From: Ancylonema sp.
Lineage: Eukaryota
NCBI GenBank assembly: GCA_050230475.1
Contig: JBFLGF010000111.1
Location: 1-60,994 of the forward strand
DNA length: 60,994 bases
Direction: 5' to 3'
Positions within the stretch are counted from its first letter, which is position 1; every line of letters begins with the position of its first letter. The position numbers were made by a program, and so were the translations under genes. Of this stretch, positions 37,837-50,430 are shown in pieces. The notes below the pieces were generated by a model. That model did not search any database and was not told the origin of the DNA. It was given only the letters and a program-made list of their open reading frames with translations.

Positions 37837-40578
37837 ATGAAACGTATGGAACGTCACGCAGCTCGGCCCAGTCCTGAGCGGCCCTCAAGCAAATCGATGT
37901 TTCATGGGCAGACCTCTTGGCCCACGTACACGGGACGTGTAGTTGAAGGGGAATGGGGCGAGTCTATCATCACTGAATGGTCCCATCGAGATGAGGGAGG
38001 TGAAGAGTGCGCAGAGCAACTGCGGGCGCTGAAATCCAGAAATGGAGCGCTGGAACGGGAAGTGAGTCAATACAAGAGACGTGAAGAGGCGCTTCGGATT
38101 GAGATGGACTGCTTTGAGAAGGAAATCAGGAAGCTGGGGAGGGTGGCACACGATGCGGAAATTGAGGGGCTTGCGGCCCTGGAGATGACAGTTTTAAAAC
38201 TGGCAGAAATGGTGAAAGAGGCAGAAGTGAAGATGAGCGAGCTTCAAGACGCAAAGGAGAAGCTGACGGCGGAGCTGGAGAGGCTGGGGAGACGGGGGGT
38301 GGAGGCGGAGGAGGAGGGGGGAAGGAGGAGGGCGGAAGTAGAAGAGCTGAGGGCGGAGAAGGAGAAGGTCGAGGCGGAGCGGGAGTACTTTCGTGGGGAA
38401 ATTGCGCGGTTGGGGGGGGAATTTGCGCGGCTGCGGGGGGAAATCGCGCGTTTTGTCGAGGTGAAGGAGAGGTGGAGGGAGTTGGAGGGGAGGGTGGGGG
38501 AACGGGGAGGGGGGGGGGCGTGGGGGGCGTCTCGTGCTAAGGAAGAGGAGCTGAGGGTGGGGTTGGAAGAGTGGGGGATGGGGAAGGATGCGGAAATCGA
38601 GGGGTTAAGGAAGGAGAGGGAGGGGTTGGAGGCAGAAGTTCTAAAAATGGCCAAAAAGGTGGAGAAGGCAGAATTGGCGCAAGTGGCGGAAATGGCGGAA
38701 ATGACAGCACAGGCGGAGAAGGCAGAAGTGGCACAATTGGCAAAAGTGGTGGAAATATCAATATTGCTGAGAGTGGCAGAAGGGGAGATTTCCGAGCTGT
38801 TGAACGCGAAAGAGAAGCTGACTGCTGAGGTGGAGAGGGTGGGGAGGCGGAGGGTGGAGGTTGGGGAGGAGGTGGGGAGGGGGAGGGTGGAGATCGAGGG
38901 GCTGAAGGGGGAGAGGGAGAAATTGAGGGCGGAGGGGGAGGGGTCCCGAGAGGAAGTCGCGCGGTTGGAGGGGGAAATCGCTCGATTTGTGACCAGGGAA
39001 GCTGCTAGCCACGTGGCACTCGAGGAGGAGAAGAGGAAGTGGGAGGAGGAGGGGGATAGGAGGGAGGCTGAGAGGGATGCTGAGAGGCAGCTTTGGATGA
39101 GGAAGGTGAGGGAGATGGGGGGAGAGGCAGGGAGGGAGAGGGAGGGGTGGAAGAAGAAGATGAAGGAGAAGGAGGAGGAGTGGAGGGAGGTGGAGAAGGA
39201 GTCAAGGAGGAGCGTATCACAGAGTGAAATGCAAAGGGTGGAAGTAGAGAACCTCGAACGAGAATTGCGGAGACTGAGGGGTAACGTGGCAGCAAGTGGG
39301 AGGATTGGTCACGGGCTGGTCGGAGGAGTTGGAGAGGGGGCGTGGTGTACGGCCTCTGCATTTGCAGAGGTGAAGGGGTCGGTTGGGAAGCTGACGTCAG
39401 CAGAAGGTCCGTTGGCAGAATGCCAAGCGGAAGGTCCGTTGGCAGAATGCCAGGCGGCAGAATGCCAGGTGGCTTTGCGGCAGAAGGAGGCGGCGGAGAG
39501 AGTGCAGGGTGTGGTAGAAGAGTTGGAAGGAGAGGTGGTGCGGTTGGGGGGGGCGGTTGGGGGACTGCAGGCGAAGGTGTGGATCGCGGAGAGGAGGGCG
39601 GATGTTCGCCAGAAGAGGGTGGGGGAGGTGGAGGCAGAGTCGAAGAGGGTGAGGGAGGAGGGGAGGGTGGGATGGAGGAGGGTGGGGGACCTGGAGGCTG
39701 AGGTGGCACATCTGATGGTACAGCTGTCAGACTGTGAGGCTGAGATAGTGGGGGTGGGGATGAGGTTGGGGGAGGGGAAGTTGAGGGTGGAGGAGATGGG
39801 GAGGAAGGATCTGGAAGGGGAAGTGAGGGAGGTGAAGGAGAAGGGGAGGGAGTTGGAAGGGTGGGGGGAGGGGGGGGGGGGAAGGGGGGGGGTTACTGGG
39901 GGGCTGGAAGAGGCGTTTTGGGCCAAGAAAGAGGAACTAAGGGCGGGGTTTTGGGAGTGGGGGGAGGGGAAGGATGCGGAAGTTGTGAGGTTGAAAAAGG
40001 AGAGGGAGGGGTTAGGGGCGCGAGGAGTGAAAATGACGGAAATGCTGGAAGTGGCACAAGGAGAGATTACTGGTCTATCTGATGCTAATGAAAGGTTGGC
40101 GGCAGAGATAAAGGAAACAAAGTGGGTGGGTGGTAGAAGTAAAGCACAGACGGATGGGGGGAGAGAGGAGGTGAGAAAGCTGACGACGTCGTTGAGACTA
40201 GCGGCATTGGGTTGGGATGAGGGCAGGGGGTGGATGGAGGAGAGGGAGAGGGAGAGGAAGGCGGAGGAGTTGAAGAAGGTGAGGGAAGGTGGGGATAGGG
40301 AGGGGGAGAGGAAGAAGAGGGAGGAGTGGTGTGTCGAGATAGCGGACCTTATAGATAGGGTGGATTTGGAGGGGAGGTCTGTGGGGGATAGGGGGGTGGA
40401 AGCTGAGGGATTGGGGACGAGGTTGGGGGAGGTTGGGCATGCCACCGAGATTGCGGTTGCAGGTGCGGAGGGGGTGGTTGGGATGATGGCGGCAACGGAA
40501 TGTCGGTTGGCAGAATGCCAGGTGGGGCTACAGCCGAAAGAGAAGGTGGGGGGGCTGGAGGCTGAGTGGAGGAGGTAG
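37837..40578 (+). CDS. Glu/Gly/Arg-rich coiled-coil ORF (913 aa); rearranged, C-terminally truncated paralogue of the downstream WAP-like gene, possibly a pseudogene
   Basis: Shares blocks with 43224-48223 (MFHGQ..EGGEECAE.LRA.KSRN; AKEEELRVGLEEWG.GKDAEIEGL; KLTSAEG.LAECQVALRQKE). No WAP C-terminal exons were found after it. Confidence 0.6.
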   Translation: MKRMERHAARPSPERPSSKSMFHGQTSWPTYTGRVVEGEWGESIITEWSHRDEGGEECAEQLRALKSRNGALEREVSQYKRREEALRIEMDCFEKEIRKLGRVAHDAEIEGLAALEMTVLKLAEMVKEAEVKMSELQDAKEKLTAELERLGRRGVEAEEEGGRRRAEVEELRAEKEKVEAEREYFRGEIARLGGEFARLRGEIARFVEVKERWRELEGRVGERGGGGAWGASRAKEEELRVGLEEWGMGKDAEIEGLRKEREGLEAEVLKMAKKVEKAELAQVAEMAEMTAQAEKAEVAQLAKVVEISILLRVAEGEISELLNAKEKLTAEVERVGRRRVEVGEEVGRGRVEIEGLKGEREKLRAEGEGSREEVARLEGEIARFVTREAASHVALEEEKRKWEEEGDRREAERDAERQLWMRKVREMGGEAGREREGWKKKMKEKEEEWREVEKESRRSVSQSEMQRVEVENLERELRRLRGNVAASGRIGHGLVGGVGEGAWCTASAFAEVKGSVGKLTSAEGPLAECQAEGPLAECQAAECQVALRQKEAAERVQGVVEELEGEVVRLGGAVGGLQAKVWIAERRADVRQKRVGEVEAESKRVREEGRVGWRRVGDLEAEVAHLMVQLSDCEAEIVGVGMRLGEGKLRVEEMGRKDLEGEVREVKEKGRELEGWGEGGGGRGGVTGGLEEAFWAKKEELRAGFWEWGEGKDAEVVRLKKEREGLGARGVKMTEMLEVAQGEITGLSDANERLAAEIKETKWVGGRSKAQTDGGREEVRKLTTSLRLAALGWDEGRGWMEERERERKAEELKKVREGGDREGERKKREEWCVEIADLIDRVDLEGRSVGDRGVEAEGLGTRLGEVGHATEIAVAGAEGVVGMMAATECRLAECQVGLQPKEKVGGLEAEWRR

Positions 40579-42028
40579 TTGTATGGTTGCGAAAACCCAC
40601 TCAATCCATGCAAGTGAGTATGGGTTGAGTCGATGGCTATATCTCAGCATGAATTATATTCTCGCTCTTCATGCGCCTTCCTTGAATGCATCGCTAAAGT
40701 GCTACTGCCAAAGTGATGTTGGAGATCAAAGCACAAGTCTCTTATTCAAGAGCAACAATAAGTCCTCTTTACTGAACAGTTCATGGCATGATTTCATGAG
40801 TCCGGTTCCCTCATCAGCAACACGGTTTCTCCACCATGAACGCCCTCTCACCCTCACTATGCCCCCCCCTCCCGGGGTTCAGATGATGGGTGCCATTTCT
40901 CCTCCACAAGTCGTTCCGACCTTGATCTTGACCTTCACGTTGACCCCCCGTACCGAGTCCACCGACCATGGTCCGTGAGCAGTAGTTGGGAAGGGAGGGC
41001 GATACTTGAAGTTGGGGGTTGGGGGTTGCGGGAGTCACAAAGAGTGGACTCTGCGAAGCCTTGAATAGGCTCCGAACGTGGAGCGGTTGTGAGGCTGCAC
41101 GTGTTAGAATGGTACGAAATACGAAATTGTAGAGTAGAATCTTTGGAAGGCTTTCGAATAACCACATTAGTGTATGATAGAAGTACGATGGGTGGTTTCG
41201 TGGGAAAGGCCGTAGAAGTATCTTCATGTCTCTTTCGATTAAGGGCATGACAATACCTCGTGGATATCCTCGGTGATAGAAGCATACGTTATTTCTAAGT
41301 TGTTGAGGCAAGCCCTTAGTGTCCTTGTGCAGTGTATCTTAAAAAAAACGCCATGAAGGATCAAACGGGAATTGTAGATACAGCGGTGGTGTTAGATCTG
41401 CAGCTTTGCATCATGTGCATCTCTTATTGTAATAATCACATATGGAGAATTGGCAAACGAAAGCCCACGTCTTACACCCTTTCGGTGGGGCTTTGTGTCC
41501 CTTGTACCTTCAAGTCCTCACGTGAAAACTATGAACTGACCTTGCACATTGATCGGACCATTTGTGCGGCCATTTGGTGAAGTGACTAGAAAAATCTTTC
41601 ATAGTCGATTATATTATTTCCAGGATGGTGGTTGTTATATTGGGATCATCGTACAATGCATAACGACATTTGATCGTATAATTTCATCATGGAACATAAC
41701 GAGGGATGTGGAAAAAGAAGCACGATACTATTTCAACATATGTGCATATTATTTTTAATTGGCAAAGAATAACTATGTAAGTGAAAACAGAGTGGTTTTC
41801 CCAACAAAAGTGAAAAATACCAACAAGCTTCAAAACATCCCGTTTTTTGTCATATAATATTTGATAGGGTCAACATTCAATTCACACGACATAATGTGAA
41901 TCACATTCTCTTTTCTATTCATCAAACCTAAAATCTGAGAATCTAGAGTCCCATAATCTTTTTACCCTAAAATGATCAAAATCACATGAAGCCCGCCAGA
42001 CCGAAATTGGGCCTCGTCCGACTCCGGT

Positions 42029-42394
42029 CATAGTTTGCACAGACCGACGAACCGGGGTTCCGAGGTTCCGTGTCCGGGCTGAGGTCGGTCCATTGCCATG
42101 CCAAAACCAAACCGGCAGTTGTAGGGCACTATCGGGTTCTATTTCGAGATGTTTAGAGGTCTATCGTGGAGAAACAATCCAAGAAACATCATACCTTGGA
42201 AATCTTTGGTCTTGTGCATTGTTCGAACTGTCAAAAAATGTTCACCCCAAAGTTTCCCCGACCTGTCCGTTTCTCCCCGAATTTTTTGGGGCAAAATAAA
42301 AACCCTCAAAGGATCGTGGTCCGTCCAGGTCCCGATTCCGGACCTGGACGAACTCTCGTCCAAAAAGAAAACATTTTCGATCCGTGCAACTATG
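42029..42394. mobile_element. MITE of the CATAGTTGCA-TIR family
   Basis: CATAGTTTGCAC...GTGCAACTATG ends. The right end matches the left end of 54383-55367 in inverted orientation. TSD not recognisable. Confidence 0.65.
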
Positions 42395-43223
42395 GAATTG
42401 ACACATAATAATTCACTTTACCTCATTCGTGACATTTATGCCGACCCACAAGATGCAACCGTGAATGAGCGCGAAGGATTGTCGAGGTGCGATTGGCGGG
42501 ATGGCTGAGTGGTTGCGCCCAGCCCTCATTCCGCCGCCCGCACATCCGCTCATGCGACATGAGTCATGCCCGCACCGACCTTCGCCGATTTTCCAGCCGA
42601 TTACCCCGTTGCCCGACGGAAGCCGACCCGTGGGGATCGTAGGCGCCGCTGCCGCCGATCTGCCGTGGGCCCACCCATAGGGCCTACTGATCTGGGTGAC
42701 GTCAGCGGATCTGGAACCAATGATCTCATTGCATCACTTTAACGTGTAGTGTGAGCAAGCCCTCAATATTTACACAGGTATCGTATCAGTATGCAGCACG
42801 GCACGTGGGTGCCAACGGCAGTTACGACATGGATTCAGAGCGCGCGTTTCCTGCTGTCCCATGCTATGCTTCAAGGAGGGGGACCTCCTGTCTCTGTCTC
42901 CGTCTGCACGGAAATAGTGATGAACACTGGTCAACGTGCAACGGTCGAAGGCTATCGTGGGAAGGCTATTTGGCCCTGTGCAATGACACTGTAGCGCTGA
43001 TAGGAAATTGAGCTGTCGAGGGCAATTCGTATCGGGTTCCACAGACTGGATCCGACGCTAACACGTCCACTGCGAGAAGCTGCTCCTAAGTGGCGAATTC
43101 TCGATCGCGTGAGAAGGGAAACAGCTTGCTGGTAATAAGTGGGAAGAAGCTAGCCGTAGAATTAGCGAAAGTGTTGAGCGAGACGCAGTTCGGCCCACTC
43201 CCGAGCTGCACTCCAGCACACCA

Positions 43224-46200
43224 ATGTTCCATGGACAGAATTCCCGGCCCACAGATAAGGGAAGTGAAACTGAAGGGGAATGCGGCGTAGTCAATGGATT
43301 GAACGGCAATGCCGTTACAGAGCCCCCTGGAAATGAGGGAGGTGAAGAGTGCGCAGAGCACCTGCGGGCGTCGAAATCCAGGAACGAGGAGCTGGAACGA
43401 GAACTGACCGAAAGCAAGGGTCGAGAAGATGCGCTTCGAGTCAATTTGAAGTGGTTTAAGAAGGAAAACAAGAATCTGGTGAGGGAGAGAAAAGGGCAGG
43501 GGCGTGGACGGGGGCCGGACAGAGGACAGATTTTGGTACAGAGGAAAAGGACCACGTCAGCTAAGCCGGGGATAGTGGGATGAGCCAATAAAAGCACAAG
43601 AAATTGAGCGGATAGTAAGAGTATAAGAGAGTAGATGATAGGATAACGACATAACTAGAATTCAAAGCATTAAGGATGGTACTTGCAATGATGGTGACGA
43701 TAACAGGATAATAAATCCGTATGAGGCCAATTGGAAGGTCCTTCAGGGTCATGCATGCATGTATATACCTACGACTGTGTATGTCTGAATATGTTTCATA
43801 TCTATTATGGCGAAGCTGTACAACGACGCTGAATCTCGTCTGTGAGGTAGATGTCAACACAACAACTATACTTCTAACCTGAGACAGGTACTGCGGTCAA
43901 ATCAAATCAAGTCAAGTGAAGTCAAGTTAAGTCAATGCACGTCAAGTTAAGTCAAGTCACATCAAGTCAAGTCAAGTCAAGTCAATTCAAGTCAATTCAA
44001 GTCAAGTTCAATGATAATCCTGACACATTTCGAACTCTCTTTTTGCAGTTCTCGCAGGTGGAGGATGGGAAGAAGGGGGCGGTTGTCCGAGAGGGCGGGG
44101 AGTCGAAACAGGCGTTAGAAGAGTTGAAGGAAAAATGTAGAGCGTTGGGGGAACAGGTCGAGAGTTGCAAGCAGGAATCGGAAACATGGAAAGCAAAGGC
44201 CGGGGAAGCCGAGAAGGAGGTCCGAAAATGTAAGGGAGAAGCGGAGATTCTAAGGGGAGAAGTACGAGAAAACGAGGAGAAAATTAGGGAACTCGTACGG
44301 AGTGTTCAAGACAAGGAATCTGAAGCAGAGAAGGAGAGGGAATGGAAGAGAATTTGGAAGGGGAGGGCTGAGGAAGTGGAGAAAAAGCTGACAGATATCA
44401 AGTGCGAGATGGAGTTAAGTAGAGAGGAGGTGGCAGTGGCGCATAGAGGTGAGGTCGACAAGTTGCTGGCGCAAGTGATAGGCGGGGAGGAGAAACTGAA
44501 GGAGGCGAAAAAGGAAGCCAAGTGGATGGTGGATACGAGGAAAGCGGAGGTGGAGGGGGGGAGAGAGGAGGTTAGGGAGCTGAGGGCTGCGCTGAGAAAA
44601 GCGGAAGTGATTGGGGATGAGTTCAGGGGGGTGGCGGAGAATAAGGGGGTGGAGGTGGGGAGGTTGGAGGGGGAGGTGAAAGAACTGAAGGAGAGGTTGG
44701 GGAAGGTTGGGCATGAGAAGGAGACTGCGGTTGCAGAGGTGGAGGGGTTGGTTGGGAAGCTGACGTCGGCGGAAGGTCGATTGGCAGAATGCCAGGTGGC
44801 ATTGCGGCAGAAGGAGGAGGAGGTGGGGGAGATGCGGAGGGGTTGGGAAGGGGAGAAGGAGAGGAGGGAGGGGGAGGTGGAGAGGTTGGGGGCGCAGGTG
44901 GAGGAGTGGGGGAGAAGGTTCCAGGAAGTTTCGGGGAGGGTAGACGAGGGAGAGGTGGAGGAGTTGCGGAGGAATCTGAATGAGGCGGAAGGGAGGGTGG
45001 GGGAGCTGCAGGGGGAGGTGGGGCGGTTGGGGGGAGAGGTTGGGGGGCTGCGGGCGAAGGTTGGGGAGGTGGAGGCTGAGTTGAAGCGGGTGGGGGAGGA
45101 GGGGGAGGGGTGGAGGGAAAAGTATTTGGAGGGGTTGGAGGGGAGGAAGGGGGAGAGGGAAGGGAGGAGGATGGTGGAGGAGGAGGTTGGGGAGTGGAGG
45201 AGGAGGATGGGGGTGGCGGCTGGGGAGTGGGAGGCGGAGAAAAGGGGGCTGGAGGGGGAGGTGGAAGAGCTGAGGAGGGTGGGTGACGTCATCCAAAGGG
45301 AGGGTGACGTCATCAGAGCGGAGAGGGATACATTGGTGGCCCTGGTGAGAAAATTGGAGGGGGAGGGGCGGGTGGTGGTTGGGGAGAGGGAGGCGATGGT
45401 GGGGCGGTTGGAGGCTGCGGAGGGGAGGGTGGCGGAGCTGAAGGCTGAGGTGGCACGTCTGATGGTACAACTGTCCGATTCCGAGGCTGAGATTGTGGGG
45501 ATGGGGATGAGGTTGGAGGAGGGGAGGTTGGAGGAGGGGAGGGTGGGGGAGCTGGTGGCGCGGTTGGAGGAGGCGAATTCGAAGGTGGAGGAGATGGGGA
45601 GGGGGGGGGGGGGGGGGATGGGGGGGAGGGGGAGGGGGTGGGAGGCGAAACTCGAAAAGGTAGCGAAGGGATTGGAGGGTAGTGAGGTTGGGGTGGATGG
45701 GTTAAGGGCGGAGATGGAGGCGGCTTTGGGGAAGGAGAGGAAGAGGAGGAAGGATCTGGAAGGGGAACTGAGAGAGATGAAGGAGAAGTGGAGGGAGGTG
45801 GAGGGGAAGGTGGGGGAGGGCGGGGGAGGGGGGGGGGGGGAGGGGGATGTTGGGGGGATGGAGGAGGCGTTTCGTGCCAAGGAAGAGGAACTGAGGGTGG
45901 GTTTGGAGGAGTGGGGGAGGGGAAAGGATGCAGAAATCGAGGGGTTGAGGAGGGAGAGGGAGGGGTTGGAGGCGGAGGTATTGAAAATGGCAGAAAGGGT
46001 GGAGATGGCGGAACTGGCACAAGTGGCAAAAGTGGCGAAAATGGCGGAGATGGTAGATAGGGTGGAGAAGGCGGAATTGGCGCAAGCAGGAAAAGAGGCG
46101 GAAATGGCGGAAATGGCGGAAATGGTTGGAAGGGTGGAGAAGGCGGAATTGGCGCAAGTGGCAAAAGAGGCGGAAATGGCGCAAATGGCAGAATTGTTGA

Positions 46201-47859
46201 AAATGGCAGAAGGGGAGATTTTCGAGTTGTTTGACGCGAAAGAAAAGTTGGGTGCTGAGGTGGAGAGGGTGGGGAGGCGGGGGGTGGAGGTTGGGGAGGA
46301 AGTTGGGAGGGGGAGGGTGGAGATCGAGGGGCTAAAGGGGGAGAGGGAGAAATTGAAGGCGGAGGGGGAGGGGTTCCGGGAGGAAATCGCGCGGTTGGGG
46401 GGGGAATTCGTGCGGCTAGGGGGCGAAATCGCCAGTTTTGTGAGCAGGGAAGCTGTTAGCCACGTGGCACTCGAGGAGGAGAGGAGGAAGTGGGAGGAGG
46501 AGGGGGAGAGGAGGGAGAAGGAGAGGGAGGCGGAGAGAAGGTTGTGGATGAGGAAGGTGCGGGAGATGGGGGAGGAGGCGGAGAGGGAGAGGGAGGGGTG
46601 GAGGGAGAAGGGGAGGGAGAAGGAGGAGGAGTGGGGGGAGGTGGAGAGGGAGGTAGACGAATGCGTGAAGGAGTTGCGGAAAAAAATGGAGGCGGGCCGG
46701 GAGGAGGGGCGGGCGGGGGAAATGTTGGGGGGGGGGTGTAGGAAGGCGTTGGGGTGGGAGGGGGAAGGGGAAGGGGGAGGGGATGGGGGGGGGGAGGGGG
46801 TGGGGAAGATTGCACCTTTTGGGAGTAGGGGGGGGGTCGGTGGGGTGGGGGAGGGAGATTTGATGGCAGCCCGGAGTCCCGGGCAGATGGAAAAGTTTGC
46901 AAATACGAACGGTGATTTGTCGCCGCCATTACAATTGGGATGGGGTGAGAGGAAGATTCCCGGAAGTTCCTTGAAGAAAATGGTCGGAGTGCTTTGGGCA
47001 AGGTGGGAGATTCGATTCCCATATCCCATATATATAAATAAAAAGTCATTAAAACCCCAAAAAAAATACTCCATTATCCTTAGTTGCGAATAGGGTTGTA
47101 AACATGACGTCATTTTGATCACAACCCTCTTATTGGGAGTCAATACAACATATTGAGTCGTACTCTTTAGTTAATGGTCACACCTTTGGAGTTGTAAATA
47201 GGACATGAGACGAGTTTCGATCTCGTGATAACATCGTAGAGACACTGTGTTTGATTGACAGTAAATAAATATCCTCATAGTGACGGTACATCACAATCCT
47301 AGTTGAAAGTCCTTGGTTGGGCGGTTGGGCGGTTGGGCGGTTGGTGCAGCTTGGGAGAGGCTGACAAGTGGCGGGATCGCCAAGTGTCGTTCTCCGAAGC
47401 GGTCCACGTGGAGCAGCAGAGGAAGCTCCACGTGGCAATCAAGAATTTGAACAGAGCAGAAGAGGAGGTGAGGGGAATGAGGCCCCATTTTTTGGGTAAA
47501 AGGTTCCGGGAAGCTTCTATCTTTCTAAGGGTCTATAGCGCCCCCGTCATAATAATCCAAATTCGGCGATCTTTAAAAAAATAACGTCCATCTGACGTTA
47601 CACGTTATCGCAGTGAGGGCGATTGTTGAGGTGGGGTTGGGATTTGGGGGTTGGGGGATGGGGCAACAGGTGGGTCTGCTCGGTGACGAGGTAGATGGTC
47701 TCACTCTGCTGTTGGCGGAAACGGAGCAGCGACTAACCGCATACGCACCCGTGCTCAAGATATACCCGGGGGTGAGGGTCCAGTAACTAGGGGAGGGGGG
47801 GAGGTTGACTTGGGAAATGATTGACAAGCTACTTGATTAGGGCATTTGTGTTGTTATGT

Positions 47860-47892
<33 letters not shown>

Positions 47893-48223
47893 AGTGTTGT
47901 TGTTGTTGTTGTCGTTGTCCACGTGTATTGAAGGGGATCGACCCGAAATGATCGTAGCAATTGCACGTTTGCGGAGGCCACAGTCCGAAACATAGTTAGC
48001 AATATTATATTATATTATATTTTATTATATTTTATTATATTTTGGTTCTCTCTTCCCCACCAATCATCAACGAAGCCTAGGCGCGTATGATGGCAAAAAA
48101 ACATTTGGTTTGCGATTGACGAAGTATTGGGTTGACTTGTTTTTGTGACAGATGCAAGAGCTTACCAGTAAAGTGAAGAGGGCTATGATGGAGCGTGTGC
48201 GCTACAATCATCTTGCAACATAA
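43224..48223 (+). CDS. WPP domain-associated protein (WAP)-like long coiled-coil protein; true start probably further upstream
   Basis: Exons ~43224-43478, 44049-47001, 47350-47467, 47670-47771, 48152-48223 with GT-AG ends. C-terminus NLNRAEEEVGLLGDEVDGLTLLL...AYAPVLKIYPGMQELTSKVKR matches the plant WAP tail pattern (L.KAE.EVDLLGDEV..L..LL...YSP.L.HYPG..E). Confidence 0.82.
43897..44010. repeat. (AAGTC)n pentamer repeat in a WAP intron
   Basis: Direct observation. Confidence 0.9.
47860..47918. repeat. (GTT)n microsatellite
   Basis: Direct observation. Confidence 0.9.
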
Positions 48224-49011
48224 ATACACCCCCCCCCCCCAAAAAAAAAAAAATGGCTTGACGTTTTACAAAAGGCTGTCATCAGACTTTTTGGTTACTA
48301 TTTCAACTCTGGCTTTCTCGCATCTTCCGCAATGAGAACATATGTTTTCTTTGAATTGCATACATACGGCTTGTATTACTTTTACTTTGATACTGTTTGC
48401 AAATAGAGGTAGGAGTTTGTTGAATCTGATCTTACAGAGGGCGAAAAAAAAGTGGAAGAAGTCCGGGACCAAAAAGATACAAAAAAGATACAAAAAGATA
48501 CCAAAAAAGATTCACCTGTATCTCATGTGACCGATTTCACTCTTAGCATTTCCCATGCAAAACCCTCGACCGATTTGGAGTGGGGCCATAGTTTGTCTTT
48601 CATTGCATGTTTTTGCAACCCGTAATACTTTCTTAAGAGGTGTGCACACATGCCGTTGTGTCTTTAAAATGTTATTTGACGAAGCCCCGTTTTGCGGTTG
48701 GAGAACGGCGTTTAAATCCGACATGCCATGAAAGGAACATTTGCAACATTCTTGCTTGACTTTCAGCTTCTTCTTCAACTTCAAATTCCTCATCGAAATC
48801 CAACTAAATTATCCGACATGGCACATCTCGCCAGTGCGCATTACTGCTCTACGCATCCGTCACAAATGGCGATATTGATGGCATGTAGAGAGAACAACCC
48901 TCCGAGTGACCGAGTGTATAAGCGGTGCCGGTTGTTGACATCCTAGTGAGCATCGCACGGTGCGGGAATTCCCCGCACGTGCCGCACATGCACGGTTGGG
49001 ACTATGTGCGA

Positions 49012-49369
49012 ACGATAGAGATGCCCGCCAGCGGACGGGGATATTTCCGCCTGCCGTACCGCCTGCGGGCGCCGTCCGGCCGCTCGTCCCGGGCGCGCTG
49101 AATTTCGGTATTTCAAGAAAGCAATTTAAAAAAAGCATGGGTTCTAGACGTTTTAAATGTTTCATGTCGATGAAATTATGTAGTTGATATTAGCACTTTT
49201 TATTTTTTTATTTCGATCAGTGTTGAGTTTTAAAAACTGAAAACACCAGAATCCTAGAAAAGCTCTATATACCCGCACGCCACGTGGATATTCCCGCCCG
49301 CATTCCGCCGGCGGGTGGGTCCGCCCGCGGGCGCCGCCCGGCGGAGACTTTGACGGGCGTGTACATCTA
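49012..49369. mobile_element. hAT-like MITE with CCCGCC subterminal repeats
   Basis: GC-rich mirrored ends around an AT-rich core. Degenerate TIR. Candidate TSD ATGTGCGA/TGGTGCGA (6/8). Homologous to 1-163. Confidence 0.65.
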
Positions 49370-50395
49370 TGGTGCGAACCCTTCAAATTAAACGATATAT
49401 GGAAAATAAGGCCAGAACTGTTCACTTGTATCCTCCGAAATTCGAGCCCTCGTCAACGTGGCCGACACCCTCGCTTTGACCACATTCTTGCCAATCATAG
49501 TTGGTCCCTATAGCTGCCAAGAGGATTTCCACACGCGTTCCACACGTCAAAAATAAAGAGAAGAGAGGGGTGGGGGGGAGGGGACGAGGGACATGTTCCA
49601 CGCTGTACTGAAACCGCACGTGGTGGAACCAACTATTTGTGCACCACCTTTGAAAATTCAAAAATGTATAAATTAAAAAAATTATAACCCCGAAAGTATT
49701 TATTTTCAATTTTTATATGGGCCCTCACCGTGCGGGCTTCTCGCCACACCTGATTTGCTACGAGACATACGGTTTTCAATGAGGAACCGCGGTTTGGAGT
49801 ACCGGTGCGGACGTACGGAGTACCCAGTATCGATCGTGACGTCAACAAAAAGAGGGGGGGGGGGGAAAAAAACGCACAACAAATTGATAAGGAAGTAGAA
49901 AATAAATAAATAATAGAAAAAAAGGATCTCATGATTTTACACGTGGCCATAGATACCCGAACCTTGGACCGCGGTGATTCCATTTCTAATCCTTCGAGGC
50001 TGAAAACCTGGATAAGCTAAATTACGGAGCCATCGGTTCTAGTAGGTGTTTCAAAATTAGAGCGTGGTGTAAAAGAGTCATGAAATTTTGTCAAATCAGT
50101 TCCGGAAATGATTCCGTGTGTTTCTTTGCTTCGTTCACCAACCAAAATGGTCGAATGAATATAAGGTTGAGTGTATGAAAGGTAACGTATTGAATGTTGT
50201 TGCAATTTGATGTTACAATTGTATATTTCCAATACTCTTAAACTTCGATATGTCACTTTTGGAAACGTGCCGCTAAGTTTTTCTTTTTTTATCACCCCCC
50301 CCCCTTCCTTTTCCTAAAGTGTTTTGGTATAAGCATAAGGAACCACGTTATAAGAAACAAAACAAAAAAAAACCCGAATATTACAATATTATTAT

Positions 50396-50396
<1 letters not shown>

Positions 50397-50429
<33 letters not shown>

Positions 50430-50430
50430 T
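50397..50430. repeat. (AAT)n microsatellite
   Basis: Direct observation. Confidence 0.9.

Noticed and set aside
40583..41311. ORFs of 116-165 aa between the two coiled-coil genes
   Set aside because: No recognisable motif or consistent exon structure.
38244..47143. Long Ser/Pro-rich minus-strand ORFs (434 aa, 945 aa and others)
   Set aside because: Antisense shadows of the purine-rich coiled-coil exons.
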